A stretch of DNA of 28,147 nt from a virus (lineage: Duplodnaviria; Caudoviricetes). The notes beneath the pieces were generated by a model. That model ran no database searches, had not been told where the DNA came from, and was given only the letters and a program-made list of their open reading frames with translations. The stretch spans positions 1 to 28,147 of the IMG/VR virus record IMGVR_UViG_3300043415_000014; one strand, 5' to 3'. Positions 6,389 to 16,098 of the stretch are shown here, in pieces. The first letter of the stretch is position 1. The number at the start of each line of letters is the position of its first letter. A program made the translations under genes and the position numbers.

Positions 6389-6823
6389 ATGTTAATATCA
6401 CAAATAAAGCCTAACCCAAACAACCCAAGAAAAATAGGTAAAGAAGAGTTTAACAAGTTGGTTAAATCAATTGAAAGTGATCCTGATTTACTTCAAGCTA
6501 AGCCTATAATCATAGACGAAAACAATGTAATACTTGGAGGACATCAAAGGTATCGCGCTTGTATTGAGTTAGGTATTCAAGAGGTGCCTGTTATCATAAT
6601 GAGCAACTTAACGGAGAAAAAGAAAAAGAAATTATTAATAATAGATAATACTCATTACGGCGAGTTTGATATGGACGCATTGGCTAACGATAATTGGGAG
6701 TTAGAAGATTTAGACGATTGGGGAGTTGATGTTGATTTTTTAGTTCCTACCATTGATGAGCCTAAAAAGATAGACAATACTAAAGGAGGCGCTATTTGCC
6801 CGAATTGTGGTGTATCTTTGTAA
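6389..6823 (+). CDS. ParB/Srx-like N-terminal domain protein with C-terminal zinc ribbon
   Basis: IKPNPNNPR, PIIIDENNVILGGHQRYRA, DN, CPNCG; usual position before terS. Confidence 0.88.
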   Translation: MLISQIKPNPNNPRKIGKEEFNKLVKSIESDPDLLQAKPIIIDENNVILGGHQRYRACIELGIQEVPVIIMSNLTEKKKKKLLIIDNTHYGEFDMDALANDNWELEDLDDWGVDVDFLVPTIDEPKKIDNTKGGAICPNCGVSL

Positions 6824-6847
6824 TTAATTAGAAAGTGATTAGAGATT

Positions 6848-7195
6848 ATGGCAAACGAACAAAATTTAATACCTGCTCAAAAAGGAGAAGTAAGAAACCC
6901 AAACGGAAGACCGAAGGGTGTGCCTAATAGCAAAACCCGTTTACTTAGATTATTAGAATTAGTTCAAACTAAAACAAACCCAATAACAGGGGAGAAAGAA
7001 GAGTTTACGGTAGCAGAGCAGTTGGACATGGTATTGATTAATAAAGCTATTAAGGGCGACATAAGAGCATACCAAGAAGTAATGGACCGATTGGAAGGCA
7101 GAGCAAAACAGTCGACCGAACTTGAGGTAAGCGGTGGAATAAATATTACTTGGGAAGAAAAGAAAACTTACGTTCAAAATACGGGAAGCCTATAA
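6848..7195 (+). CDS. terS: Terminase small subunit
   Basis: NLIPAQKGEVRNPNGRPKG, AIKGD, DRLEGRAKQ; directly upstream of TerL. Confidence 0.8.
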   Translation: MANEQNLIPAQKGEVRNPNGRPKGVPNSKTRLLRLLELVQTKTNPITGEKEEFTVAEQLDMVLINKAIKGDIRAYQEVMDRLEGRAKQSTELEVSGGINITWEEKKTYVQNTGSL

Positions 7196-8505
7196 TGGAA
7201 CTATCCATAAAACAAACTATTGCTCTCGATTTACTCGAGGATAAAACAACAAGCGAAATACTATTTGGAGGCGGCGCAGGTGGTGGCAAAACGGCGCTCG
7301 GTTGCTATTGGCAACTTAAACAAAGATTAAAATATCCTAATACAAGAGGCTTAATAGGTAGAGCGGTCCTTAAAACATTAAAGGAGACAACCTTAGTTTC
7401 ATTCTTTCAGGTGGCTAAAATGCAAGGACTCGAAGCGGGTAAGCACTATAAGTTTAACGCTCAATCCTCAACGATAGAGTTTTTTAATGGCTCAACTATA
7501 TTACTAAAGGACCTTTATTCATACCCAAGCGACCCAAACTTTGATGAATTAGGATCATTGGAAATAACGGACGCATTTATTGACGAGGCTAATCAGGTGG
7601 ACGACAAGGCGCGAAACATTATTAAATCGAGGATAAGATTTCAGTTGGACCAAAACGATTTAGTGCCTAAAATACTTTACACTTGCAACCCTGCTAAGAA
7701 TTGGACATATTCGGAGTTCTATAAACCCCAACAAGATAATACAATAGCCCACAATAAACGATTCATAAGTTCGTTAATAGATGACAACCCGTTCATATCT
7801 AAGCACTATAAGGAGAACCTTTTAACCTTAGATAAGGTAAGTAAAGAACGTTTATTATTTGGTAATTGGGAATACTTAAACGACCCCGCTCAACTTATAA
7901 ACTATGATAAGATACTTGATGTTTTTAATAGCGATTATTTACCTTCCGCTACACCTTATATTTCTTGCGACGTTGCACGTTTTGGTAACGATAGTACTGT
8001 TATTGGGGTATGGAGTGGAATGCGCGTTAAACTTTATCAGTACAATGGTAAGTCGGTTGTTGAGGTGGCTGACATCATAAAGAAATTCCAACAAGAATAC
8101 CAGGTCCCGACATCAAATATAGTAGTCGATGAGGACGGAGTAGGCGGTGGGGTTTGCGATATACTTAGGTGCAAAGGTTTTGTCAATAATAGTTCGCCAT
8201 TAGAAAACCCAATTACTAAGCAGAAAGAAAACTACGACAACCTTAAGAGTCAATGTTATTATAAGTTAGCCGAGTTAATAAACGACAATAAGATTTATAT
8301 AAACGCAGACGGTAAGGTTAAGCAAATGATTATTGAAGAGTTAGAACAGGTCAAACAAAAGTCCGTTGATAACGACGGTAAAAAGGGAATAATACCAAAG
8401 GATAAAGTTAAAGCAGCAATAGGTAGGTCGCCCGACTTTTCGGATTGTTTGGCGATGAGAATGATATTTGAGTACACTCCTAAATTTGTTGTAAGCGTTT
8501 ATTAG
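7195..8505 (+). CDS. terL: Terminase large subunit
   Basis: Walker A GGGAGGGKT, Walker B FIDEA, TCNP coupling motif, RNase H-like CDVARFGND...SPDFSD. Confidence 0.95.
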   Translation: MELSIKQTIALDLLEDKTTSEILFGGGAGGGKTALGCYWQLKQRLKYPNTRGLIGRAVLKTLKETTLVSFFQVAKMQGLEAGKHYKFNAQSSTIEFFNGSTILLKDLYSYPSDPNFDELGSLEITDAFIDEANQVDDKARNIIKSRIRFQLDQNDLVPKILYTCNPAKNWTYSEFYKPQQDNTIAHNKRFISSLIDDNPFISKHYKENLLTLDKVSKERLLFGNWEYLNDPAQLINYDKILDVFNSDYLPSATPYISCDVARFGNDSTVIGVWSGMRVKLYQYNGKSVVEVADIIKKFQQEYQVPTSNIVVDEDGVGGGVCDILRCKGFVNNSSPLENPITKQKENYDNLKSQCYYKLAELINDNKIYINADGKVKQMIIEELEQVKQKSVDNDGKKGIIPKDKVKAAIGRSPDFSDCLAMRMIFEYTPKFVVSVY

Positions 8506-8515
8506 TAATAATAAC

Positions 8516-8523
8516 TATCTTTG
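8516..8523 (+). promoter_or_regulatory. -7 promoter element before portal
   Basis: Intergenic TATCTTTG. Confidence 0.55.
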
Positions 8524-8539
8524 ACTAAATTGTACATAT

Positions 8540-9934
8540 ATGGGATTATTAGATTTCTTTAGTAAAAAGAAAGTAAATACCGTTTTTCCGAATATACCGT
8601 TAAGCGCTCAAGTAGCAATTCAACAAGGGATTGTAACATGGCAAGGGCAAAATGCCCAAGCCTATGTAAGAGACGGTTACCAATCAAACGACATCGTTTA
8701 CTCAATCGTTAAATTAATTACCGATAAAGCGAAGTTGGCTCCCTTCCATGTTTATAGAGTAGTGGACCAAACGGCTGCTAAAAGATATAAATCTTTAATG
8801 AAGCAACCAGATAAGATTGAAAATTGGAACGAGGTTAAGCAATTACATAAGAAAGCATTTGAACTATACGACGGAGACGCACGATTAAACGAATTACTTA
8901 AATACCCTAACGAAGAGGACACTTGGAGTGATTTAATCGAGCAATGGTGCGGATTTAAATTATTAACGGGCAACTCCTTCATTTACGCTAAGATGATTGA
9001 AGGCGGTCCTAACGATGGTAAACCATTTGAACTATATGCACTACCCGCTCAATTTATGGCAATTGTCGCCAATGTGGAGGTCTTCCCTCCAACCCGTGTT
9101 GGCTATCAGTTATACTATGGTAAGTTGTGGACCTTTGACACAAAGGAAATATTACACGACAAATACTTTAACCCTTATTGGACAGTAACAGGGAATGAAC
9201 TTTACGGACAATCCCCTTTAATGGCTGCAGCGAGAACATTAACCCGTTCTAACGAAGCTAAGACGGCTTCGGTTGCTTCATTCCAAAACGGTGGACCTGC
9301 GGGAGTTTTATTCATGAACGATGATAGGTTTGACCCTACAAGTGGAACGCAACAAGCTCAAGCGTTAAAGAAATCAATTAGTGAGAAAGGTGGAGCGAGT
9401 AATTATAATTCAATTGCGGTATCAGGTTATAAAGTGGATTGGAAACAAATCGGTTTAAGTCCTGTTGAATTAAACATTATTGAGAGCGAGAAGTGGGACA
9501 TGAAGAGCCTTTGTAATATTTACGGGGTACCTTCTCAATTATTAAACGACGCTGAGAATAAGACATACAACAACCAAAGAGAAGGCGAAAAGGCTTTAAC
9601 CTTACGTTGCGCTATTCCTTTATTAGACGCTATCACGGATAACCTTAATAGGAAATTACATAGCGATTGGGGTTATAGAAATACAAACCTTTACATCGGT
9701 TACGATATACAAGTATTCCAGGAATTAGAAGCGAATAAGAGTGAGCAAGTTGATTGGTTAGATAAAGCGTGGTGGATAAGCCCTGCGCAAAAGATGGAAA
9801 TTATGGGCATTAAAAACCCTGATTATATACCAATGGAAGAGTTAGAGAAACTTTATGTTCCAAGTAACTTGCAAACGTTAGACCAATTTCAACCGTTAGA
9901 TATTCCAACGGAAACAACTCCTAAAAAGCCTTAA
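8540..9934 (+). CDS. Portal protein, HK97 family
   Basis: LLTGNSFI, YGQSPL, FQNGGPAGVL, CNIYGVPSQLL, TYNN motifs; position after TerL. Confidence 0.93.
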   Translation: MGLLDFFSKKKVNTVFPNIPLSAQVAIQQGIVTWQGQNAQAYVRDGYQSNDIVYSIVKLITDKAKLAPFHVYRVVDQTAAKRYKSLMKQPDKIENWNEVKQLHKKAFELYDGDARLNELLKYPNEEDTWSDLIEQWCGFKLLTGNSFIYAKMIEGGPNDGKPFELYALPAQFMAIVANVEVFPPTRVGYQLYYGKLWTFDTKEILHDKYFNPYWTVTGNELYGQSPLMAAARTLTRSNEAKTASVASFQNGGPAGVLFMNDDRFDPTSGTQQAQALKKSISEKGGASNYNSIAVSGYKVDWKQIGLSPVELNIIESEKWDMKSLCNIYGVPSQLLNDAENKTYNNQREGEKALTLRCAIPLLDAITDNLNRKLHSDWGYRNTNLYIGYDIQVFQELEANKSEQVDWLDKAWWISPAQKMEIMGIKNPDYIPMEELEKLYVPSNLQTLDQFQPLDIPTETTPKKP

Positions 9935-9935
9935 C

Positions 9936-10298
9936 ATGCAATTTGTAGAATTTATAAGTCAATTATTAGATAGTAAAGAACAAGCAATCGTTTGGCATAA
10001 TCAAACGTTAAGTTATGCTGAGCACAAAGCATTGGATAAATACCAAGACGAAATAGCTGAGTTATACGACGGCTTAGTTGAAAGCGTGAGCGGAATATAC
10101 GGACGTCCTAAGAATTATTCAGTAGGTACATTACAAAACTATACTTCAAACGAAGCGGTTCAAGCGTACTTTAAGGACCTTTACGCATTCGTACAAAAAG
10201 AAAGAAAGACTATTTACCAGGATACATGGGTACAAAATCAAATAGACGAAATCGCTCAATTAATAGCAAAGACGCTTTACCTTTTAACACTTAAGTAA
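9936..10298 (+). CDS. Ferritin/Dps-like four-helix protein (DUF5856-like)
   Basis: WHNQTLSYAEHKALDKYQDEIAELYDGLVE...NQIDEI...TLYLLTLK. Confidence 0.75.
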   Translation: MQFVEFISQLLDSKEQAIVWHNQTLSYAEHKALDKYQDEIAELYDGLVESVSGIYGRPKNYSVGTLQNYTSNEAVQAYFKDLYAFVQKERKTIYQDTWVQNQIDEIAQLIAKTLYLLTLK

Positions 10299-11173
10299 TG
10301 ATTTGGCAAGATTATAGGAAGCTATATGCAAATGCCTTAAAACAGTACTCGCCCAAGTTTGAGAAAGAATTACAAAAACAGGTCGACACATATTGTCGTA
10401 CCCAAGACTACAACGCAATAAGCGACAAAGCGCTTAAAAAGACGATTAAACAACTTCATGTAGCATTAGGTACCAAAATGGGGTTAGTTGCCGAGAATAG
10501 CGTTAAAAAGACCGCTAAAGGGCATTACGCACCATTAGAGATTAAAAGCGCTAAGACAAACCTATTCGCATACGTTATTATCAAGTATTTAGAGACAAAA
10601 GGATTGGATCAATTGGCAGCGGATATAACCGACACTACAAAGGAACAAATAAGAAAGTTTATAATAAAAGGGCAGGAAGAGAACTTGACAACGACCGAAA
10701 TAATACAATTATTAAAGACGGCGGGAATAACTGATTACAGGGCAGCGTTAATAGCGAGAACGGAAACGGCAAGAGCTGCTAACGTTGGTTCAATGGTTGG
10801 CGCAATGTCAACGGGTTTGGTTACGGTTAAAGAATGGATAGCGGCTAAGGATAATAGAACAAGACGAATACCACGCGACGCTAATGACCATTTACACATG
10901 GACGGAGTTAAAATACCAATAGATCAAAAGTTTGTAGTAACTGCTAAAGAATATATCGATAATATGTTACATCCTGGAGACTCAACGGCTCACGCGGGTA
11001 ACGTTTGTAATTGTCGTTGTACTTTAGGATATGAAGCGCAAAGAGACGCAAACGGTAAGTTAATGAAGTATGCAGACAATCCTCCAATGGGAGACGCGGG
11101 GATAATATGGCAACTATTAACAAACTTAGCGGGATATGAAATAGGACAATTATTAGCCGAAGCACTATCATAA
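10298..11173 (+). CDS. Head morphogenesis / minor head protein (Mu gpF, SPP1 gp7-like)
   Basis: IARTE, KEW...DNRTR...H, HPGD...NCRC. Confidence 0.9.
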   Translation: MIWQDYRKLYANALKQYSPKFEKELQKQVDTYCRTQDYNAISDKALKKTIKQLHVALGTKMGLVAENSVKKTAKGHYAPLEIKSAKTNLFAYVIIKYLETKGLDQLAADITDTTKEQIRKFIIKGQEENLTTTEIIQLLKTAGITDYRAALIARTETARAANVGSMVGAMSTGLVTVKEWIAAKDNRTRRIPRDANDHLHMDGVKIPIDQKFVVTAKEYIDNMLHPGDSTAHAGNVCNCRCTLGYEAQRDANGKLMKYADNPPMGDAGIIWQLLTNLAGYEIGQLLAEALS

Positions 11174-11185
11174 TAAAAAAAATAA

Positions 11186-11193
11186 TAACTTTG
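11186..11193 (+). promoter_or_regulatory. -7 promoter element before protease-capsid genes
   Basis: Intergenic TAACTTTG. Confidence 0.55.
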
Positions 11194-11198
11194 TTCAC

Positions 11199-11966
11199 AT
11201 GAGCACTATGCAATTAAAAAATACACTTGTTGAGAAACAAGACGTGGGATATAACATCATGGATGTTGACTGCGAACAACGCAGAGTTAAAGCGGTTTGG
11301 GCAAGATGTGGTAACATTGATTTAGACAATGACATTATCGTTCCTGAAGCGTTCACAAAAACTTTAGCTGAAAGAGGCCCAAGTGGTAAAAACTTAATAT
11401 GGTCTTTGGTGGACCATTGCGCGGACATGAATAATGTTATCGGTAAACCTGAGCAATTATACGTTGAGAATGATATGTTAATCGCAATCACTCCAATAGT
11501 AGAAACTGAAAAGGGCGAAGACATTATCAAAATGTACGAATCGGGTTTAATTAACCAACACTCAATTGGTTTTAGCACTATTAAATCAAACGTTGATAAA
11601 GAAGGAGTAAGAACAATTACTGAGTTAAAACTTTACGAAGGAAGCGCGGTATTGTGGGGTGCTAACCCTGAGACTCCAACGTTAGGATTTAAAGGAGAAA
11701 TGGAAGCAAAGGATAAAAAAACTGAATTAGGCAATAGACTCGAGAGACTAATTAAAGCGTTCAAAGGTGGAAGATTTACCGATGAAACATTTAGTCTTAT
11801 AGAGATTGAAATAAAAAGGATTCAAAGCGAGTTATTAGAAATCGAAGTAATTAAAGAAATCACTCAACCCGAAGTATCAGTTGAGCCGATAGTTGAAGAA
11901 AAGAAAGAAGATAACGAACAAGTCCTAAAGGCGATTACACAATTTAATAATTTATTTAAAAAGTAA
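11199..11966 (+). CDS. Prohead protease, HK97 family
   Basis: DLDNDIIVPEAF, DH, HSIGF, LYEGSAVLWGANPET. Confidence 0.92.
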   Translation: MSTMQLKNTLVEKQDVGYNIMDVDCEQRRVKAVWARCGNIDLDNDIIVPEAFTKTLAERGPSGKNLIWSLVDHCADMNNVIGKPEQLYVENDMLIAITPIVETEKGEDIIKMYESGLINQHSIGFSTIKSNVDKEGVRTITELKLYEGSAVLWGANPETPTLGFKGEMEAKDKKTELGNRLERLIKAFKGGRFTDETFSLIEIEIKRIQSELLEIEVIKEITQPEVSVEPIVEEKKEDNEQVLKAITQFNNLFKK

Positions 11967-11969
11967 AAA

Positions 11970-13061
11970 ATGGAACATTTAATTAATGAAATGGCAGAGA
12001 ACGTAAAAGGAATTAAATCCGACGTTAATGCTCAAATCGATGAAGTTAAGGCTTCAATCAAAGTGTTAGCGGACGAAACACAAAAGCAAATCGACGCACA
12101 AAGCGCAGCTCAAAAGAAGGCTGCTTCTAAAGAAGTAAAATTCATGGACCAAGCTATCTTAGAAAAATTAGATGGTAACATGGATATTATGGAAAAAGAA
12201 ATGAAGTCTGGCGGTAAATTCCGTTTAGATTTAAGCGATGTTAAGTCTATGACTTTATCAGCTTCTTTAACAGGAGACGCTCAAGCTTCTTACGCTCCTA
12301 ACGCTGCTATCTTACCAAGTCAAGCGGTAAACTTCCGTGATTTGATCCCTACAGTACGTTCAACAAGTGGCTTGTATGTTTTCTATAAGGAAACTTCTAC
12401 AACTAACAACATTGCTGCTCAAACTGAAGGTTCTAACAAAGGAGAAAATAGCTACGCATTAAGCGAAGTAAAAGTTGTTAACGATTACATCGCAGGTTTT
12501 TCTACATTCTCTAAGCAAATGGCTAAATCTTTACCTTTCTTGAGTACAACTTTACCAAGAATGTTGACTAGAGATTTCTACAAAGCTGAGAACGCTGCTT
12601 TCTATACAACTGTTAGCGGTGCTGCTACAGGTTCAACTACTACTTCTGCAACTGTGGATTTAGAGCAATTAGTTGACTACATCGGTAACCAAAAGACTGC
12701 AAACTATGTAGCTTCTTTCGCGGTTGTTAGCCCAACTCAAATGGGTCGTTTATTGAAAGAAACAATCAACGCAGGTTACTACGCAGGTAGTGGTTCAGTT
12801 GTTGTTAATCCTAACGGTGGTATCACTATTTGGGGTGTGCCTGTTATCGCTGCTTCTTGGGTAGCTGACGACAAGGTTCTTATCTTAGATAACAACTATT
12901 GTGAGCGTGTTGAAGTTGAAGGTTTAGCTATTGAATTCTCTTATGAGAACGCAAGTAACTTCCAACAAAACATGGTTACTGCTCGTATCGAGTGTTACGA
13001 AGATGTAAACTTAATGCAACCTGCTTCAGCTATTTTCGCTGACTTAGGAAACGTTTCTTAA
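11970..13061 (+). CDS. Major capsid protein, HK97 fold
   Basis: N-terminal coiled-coil scaffold, EGSNKGE, IWGVPVI, FQQNMVTARIECYED; strongly biased codon use. Confidence 0.93.
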   Translation: MEHLINEMAENVKGIKSDVNAQIDEVKASIKVLADETQKQIDAQSAAQKKAASKEVKFMDQAILEKLDGNMDIMEKEMKSGGKFRLDLSDVKSMTLSASLTGDAQASYAPNAAILPSQAVNFRDLIPTVRSTSGLYVFYKETSTTNNIAAQTEGSNKGENSYALSEVKVVNDYIAGFSTFSKQMAKSLPFLSTTLPRMLTRDFYKAENAAFYTTVSGAATGSTTTSATVDLEQLVDYIGNQKTANYVASFAVVSPTQMGRLLKETINAGYYAGSGSVVVNPNGGITIWGVPVIAASWVADDKVLILDNNYCERVEVEGLAIEFSYENASNFQQNMVTARIECYEDVNLMQPASAIFADLGNVS

Positions 13062-13083
13062 TCTTACGTTTACTTATAAAATT

Positions 13084-13112
13084 ACCCTCACTTTAAAAGG
13101 TGGGGGTTTTTT
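13084..13112 (+). terminator. Intrinsic terminator after capsid gene
   Basis: ACCCTCACT...GGTGGGGGT stem plus T-run. Confidence 0.85.
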
Positions 13113-13125
13113 ATTTATAATATTG

Positions 13126-13133
13126 TAAATTTG
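13126..13133 (+). promoter_or_regulatory. -7 promoter element for neck/tail operon
   Basis: TAAATTTG just after the terminator. Confidence 0.6.
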
Positions 13134-13145
13134 TAAAAAAGGAAT

Positions 13146-13676
13146 ATGTATAATTTCATAATAGATTACACTCAAGCGGATTTAGGAACAATTACGGAGC
13201 CCGTAACGGTAGCCGAAGCAAAGCAATATTGTAGGGTTGATAATAGCGTTGAAGATGATTTATTCGCTGAATTAATAACTCAATCAAGACAAGCCGTTGA
13301 GAAAGCTGCTAACATAAGCATAACTCCTAAAACGATTACCTTATGGTTTACTAATAGCGCTGGTAACTTCCAACTTCCTTTTGGTCCAATGACTTCATTT
13401 ACGAGCCTTACGGACGTAAACGGTAACGCTATTACAAGTAACGTTTATAAATTAATAGGCGGTCAATATCCTAACCTACAAAAGCCCGATTGGGCCAATT
13501 TAACGGCGGTTTACACTACGGGAATGACAACCGTACCTAAAGAGATTAAAATAGCTATTTTGGACCAAATTAACTACGGTTACGAGAATAGAGGAATGGA
13601 CGTTGACGACATGGGAGTTTGTGAGAAAACTTGGAGAGTTTGTCAAAGATGGACAAGAACATCGCCAATATTATAA
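13146..13676 (+). CDS. Head-tail connector (gp6-like)
   Basis: EPVTVAEAKQYCRVD..EDDL...VPKEIKIAIL...YENRG. Confidence 0.88.
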   Translation: MYNFIIDYTQADLGTITEPVTVAEAKQYCRVDNSVEDDLFAELITQSRQAVEKAANISITPKTITLWFTNSAGNFQLPFGPMTSFTSLTDVNGNAITSNVYKLIGGQYPNLQKPDWANLTAVYTTGMTTVPKEIKIAILDQINYGYENRGMDVDDMGVCEKTWRVCQRWTRTSPIL

Positions 13677-13677
13677 T

Positions 13678-14019
13678 ATGAGAATAGGACTACATAAAGA
13701 CAATTACGTTGATGCTAACTCTATGACTCGTAGAGTAGGGGTTTATGCGCCTACAAGGACAAGCGATGGCGAAGGTGGATATACAACAACCTTTACGCTT
13801 CAAGCTACCGTATGGGGAGATTATAGGCCTCAACCTCAAAATAGAGCGGTGCAAGAAAGCCAATTATCTTTTACCCGTTACGCTAAAATGTTTATTCGTT
13901 GGGATATAACTATTAACGATAACTACCAATTTGAAGTAGAGGGACAACGCTTTACGATACATTCTATAAAGGACGTTGACAATGCTCATAGATTTTGGGA
14001 AATTGAAATGTACGCATAA
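13678..14019 (+). CDS. Head closure / head-tail adaptor (SPP1 gp16-like)
   Basis: DGEGG, TVWG, FIRW, FTIHSIKDVD; synteny; start moved to ATG 13678. Confidence 0.82.
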   Translation: MRIGLHKDNYVDANSMTRRVGVYAPTRTSDGEGGYTTTFTLQATVWGDYRPQPQNRAVQESQLSFTRYAKMFIRWDITINDNYQFEVEGQRFTIHSIKDVDNAHRFWEIEMYA

Positions 14020-14561
14020 TGGCTGCAATAACATTAGACATAATGAATATTGATAGCGTTAATAAGCGATTTGCTAAATTAAGCAACGATATTAAAACTA
14101 ACATAAAAGATGAGGTTGCGGCTTCGTCTTTAAAGATACAAGCGGACGCTAAGAAATTGGCACCTGCTAACTTAGGCACATTGAGAGGATCAATTTATAA
14201 GGACGAGGTTTCTAAGTCGCCTAACGAATTTATGTTTATTGTCGGAGCGGCTGCTAAATATGCGCCTTATGTAGAATTTGGAACGGGCGGTAAGGTTAGT
14301 ATTCCAAACGGATATGCTGATTACGCTTCTCAATTTAAAGGCAAAGCAGGTGGAAAATTTAAAGAAATGGTTTTAGCTTTGACCGAATGGGTACTTAAAA
14401 AGGGGATAGCGAGTGGTAAACAAAGTAGGTCGGTAGCTTACGCAATAGCGTTAAGTATATTAAGAAAAGGACTAAGGCCTCAACCTTTTTTAATACCTGC
14501 GTTTGAAGCCGAGAAACCCAAACTAATACAAAGAATAGAAAAAATAATTAAAAATGCTTAA
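14019..14561 (+). CDS. HK97 gp10-like neck/tail component
   Basis: AKKLAPANLGTLRGSI, YAPYVEFGTG, PQPFLIPA. Confidence 0.88.
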   Translation: MAAITLDIMNIDSVNKRFAKLSNDIKTNIKDEVAASSLKIQADAKKLAPANLGTLRGSIYKDEVSKSPNEFMFIVGAAAKYAPYVEFGTGGKVSIPNGYADYASQFKGKAGGKFKEMVLALTEWVLKKGIASGKQSRSVAYAIALSILRKGLRPQPFLIPAFEAEKPKLIQRIEKIIKNA

Positions 14562-14961
14562 CCCTAATATAGAGATAAAAAAATGGTTTATAACTCATGT
14601 AGCTTCGGCAACAGGGTTAAACGTTTACGACGGTATGGCGCCCGATACGGACCTAACCGAATACATAGTTCTTGACGGTAGAACATCAAGCCAGGAAGAA
14701 GGAAAAAGCGGATATACTAACTCAAATGTTATCATAGTTGACATTATAACAAAAAATGCTAACTTTGGGTATAAACGTGCGGAAACAATATCTAATTTAG
14801 TATTAAGTGAGATAAATTCGGACACTAAAATAACATTACCGACGGGGTGGACAACATCAAGTTTGTATGTAGAAAGTGTAAGAAACTTAGATGGCTTAAA
14901 CCCTTTAGATAACGTTTTTAGAACGCTTATAACATATAATTTAACAATAACTCAAATTTAA
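14554..14961 (+). CDS. Tail terminator/completion protein
   Basis: NVYDGMAP...EYIV motif, size and synteny. Confidence 0.7.
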   Translation: MLNPNIEIKKWFITHVASATGLNVYDGMAPDTDLTEYIVLDGRTSSQEEGKSGYTNSNVIIVDIITKNANFGYKRAETISNLVLSEINSDTKITLPTGWTTSSLYVESVRNLDGLNPLDNVFRTLITYNLTITQI

Positions 14962-14965
14962 TAAA

Positions 14966-15406
14966 ATGGCAGAAACTAAAGTATCAGCAAGGGATTATAT
15001 CCTTTTAGCAGACATCGACGGAGACTCAACATACAAACCTGTTGCTTGTCTTACATCAAACAATATTACTTCATCATTGAACGTAATTGACGCAACTTCT
15101 AAATGTGGCGACCAATTCCAACCTGGACCTGCGTATAACCAAACTATCAAAGCGGATGGTTTCGCAATCGACCAAACAGGAACAATTTCTAAGGATAGCT
15201 ACAATCAGTTATACGCTGCATTTATTGCTAAGACTATCTTTGGTATCAAGATGGGACCTTCAAGCCCTGCAAGTGGTAACGTAGTTTATAGCGGTACTGT
15301 ATTTATATCTTCTTTTGATGTAACTGCAGCGGATAAAGAAGACGTTAAGTTCAGTGCAACTTTAACAGTAGCTTTACCTCCATTAACTCAAACTGTAACT
15401 GCATAA
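14966..15406 (+). CDS. Major tail tube protein (TP901-1/Phage_tail_2-like)
   Basis: VACLTSN...IDATSKC...YSGTVFISSFDVTA...VKFSATL. Confidence 0.85.
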   Translation: MAETKVSARDYILLADIDGDSTYKPVACLTSNNITSSLNVIDATSKCGDQFQPGPAYNQTIKADGFAIDQTGTISKDSYNQLYAAFIAKTIFGIKMGPSSPASGNVVYSGTVFISSFDVTAADKEDVKFSATLTVALPPLTQTVTA

Positions 15407-15424
15407 TAAAAAACAATAACAACT

Positions 15425-15796
15425 ATGTTTCAACTAAAATTAAACGACAAAACAATAAACTTAAAATGGGGTACTTGGTCAATGCGAGAATTTTGCATTG
15501 AAAACAATTTAACGATTGATAAGTACTTTGAATTATTAAGCAAATCTCAATACGATTTAAACTTATTTGTAAAGATGATTTACATAGGTTATAAATCAGC
15601 TTGTATAAGTAACAAACAAGATATTGAATATTCGGAGATTGATGTTTGTGATTGGATTGATGAATTAGGTGGACTTTTTAATGTAGAAGGGCAAATCATG
15701 GAATATGTTAAATACATTATTTCAACAACCGTAACAACGGTTCAAGGAGTTGTCAAAGAAGAAAAAAAAAAGCCTAATAAAGCTAAATTGGGATGA
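15425..15796 (+). CDS. Tail assembly chaperone (G-like)
   Basis: Between tail tube and tape measure; ends just past an A10 slippery run (EEKKK). Confidence 0.8.
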   Translation: MFQLKLNDKTINLKWGTWSMREFCIENNLTIDKYFELLSKSQYDLNLFVKMIYIGYKSACISNKQDIEYSEIDVCDWIDELGGLFNVEGQIMEYVKYIISTTVTTVQGVVKEEKKKPNKAKLG

Positions 15797-16091
15797 TGTA
15801 TTAGTTAAAGCTGCTGAATGCGATATAAGACCAAACGAGTTTTGGGAAATGACTTGGAAGGACTTTTCTATTATCGTAATGGGAAAGGAAAAAAAAGAGT
15901 TAAGTGAATGGGCCAGGACACGAAACCTGGCCTATATTATATACCTAAGTAGCACGGCTGAAAAGTCGCCTAAATCTATTCAATCGTTTTGGCCTATGCC
16001 TGACATTGATAATGCAGATAAAGTGGAAGAGAAAACTATGCTAAGCGACGATGAACTTACGAGGACATTAAAATTGTATGGAGTAAACTAA
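15771..16091 (+). CDS. Tail assembly chaperone T-like segment, probably made as a frameshift fusion
   Basis: IRPNEFWEMTWKDF motif; no good own start; frame entered at the A-run 15762-15771. Confidence 0.7.
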   Translation, partial: SLIKLNWDDVLVKAAECDIRPNEFWEMTWKDFSIIVMGKEKKELSEWARTRNLAYIIYLSSTAEKSPKSIQSFWPMPDIDNADKVEEKTMLSDDELTRTLKLYGVN

Positions 16092-16098
16092 AAAAAGA

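Noticed and set aside
6389-6823. ParB-like gene as evidence of plasmid partitioning
   Set aside because: No ParA, no HTH domain, no parS array; ParB-N genes before terS are common in phages.
6825-6846. ATTAGA repeated at 11-bp spacing before terS (possible pac or regulator site)
   Set aside because: Only two 6-bp copies in AT-rich DNA; too weak without comparative data.
8997-15284. Short alternative-frame + ORFs 8997-9188 and 15087-15284
   Set aside because: Short, motif-free and inside portal or tail-tube genes; unlike the MTase nested frame they supply no missing function.
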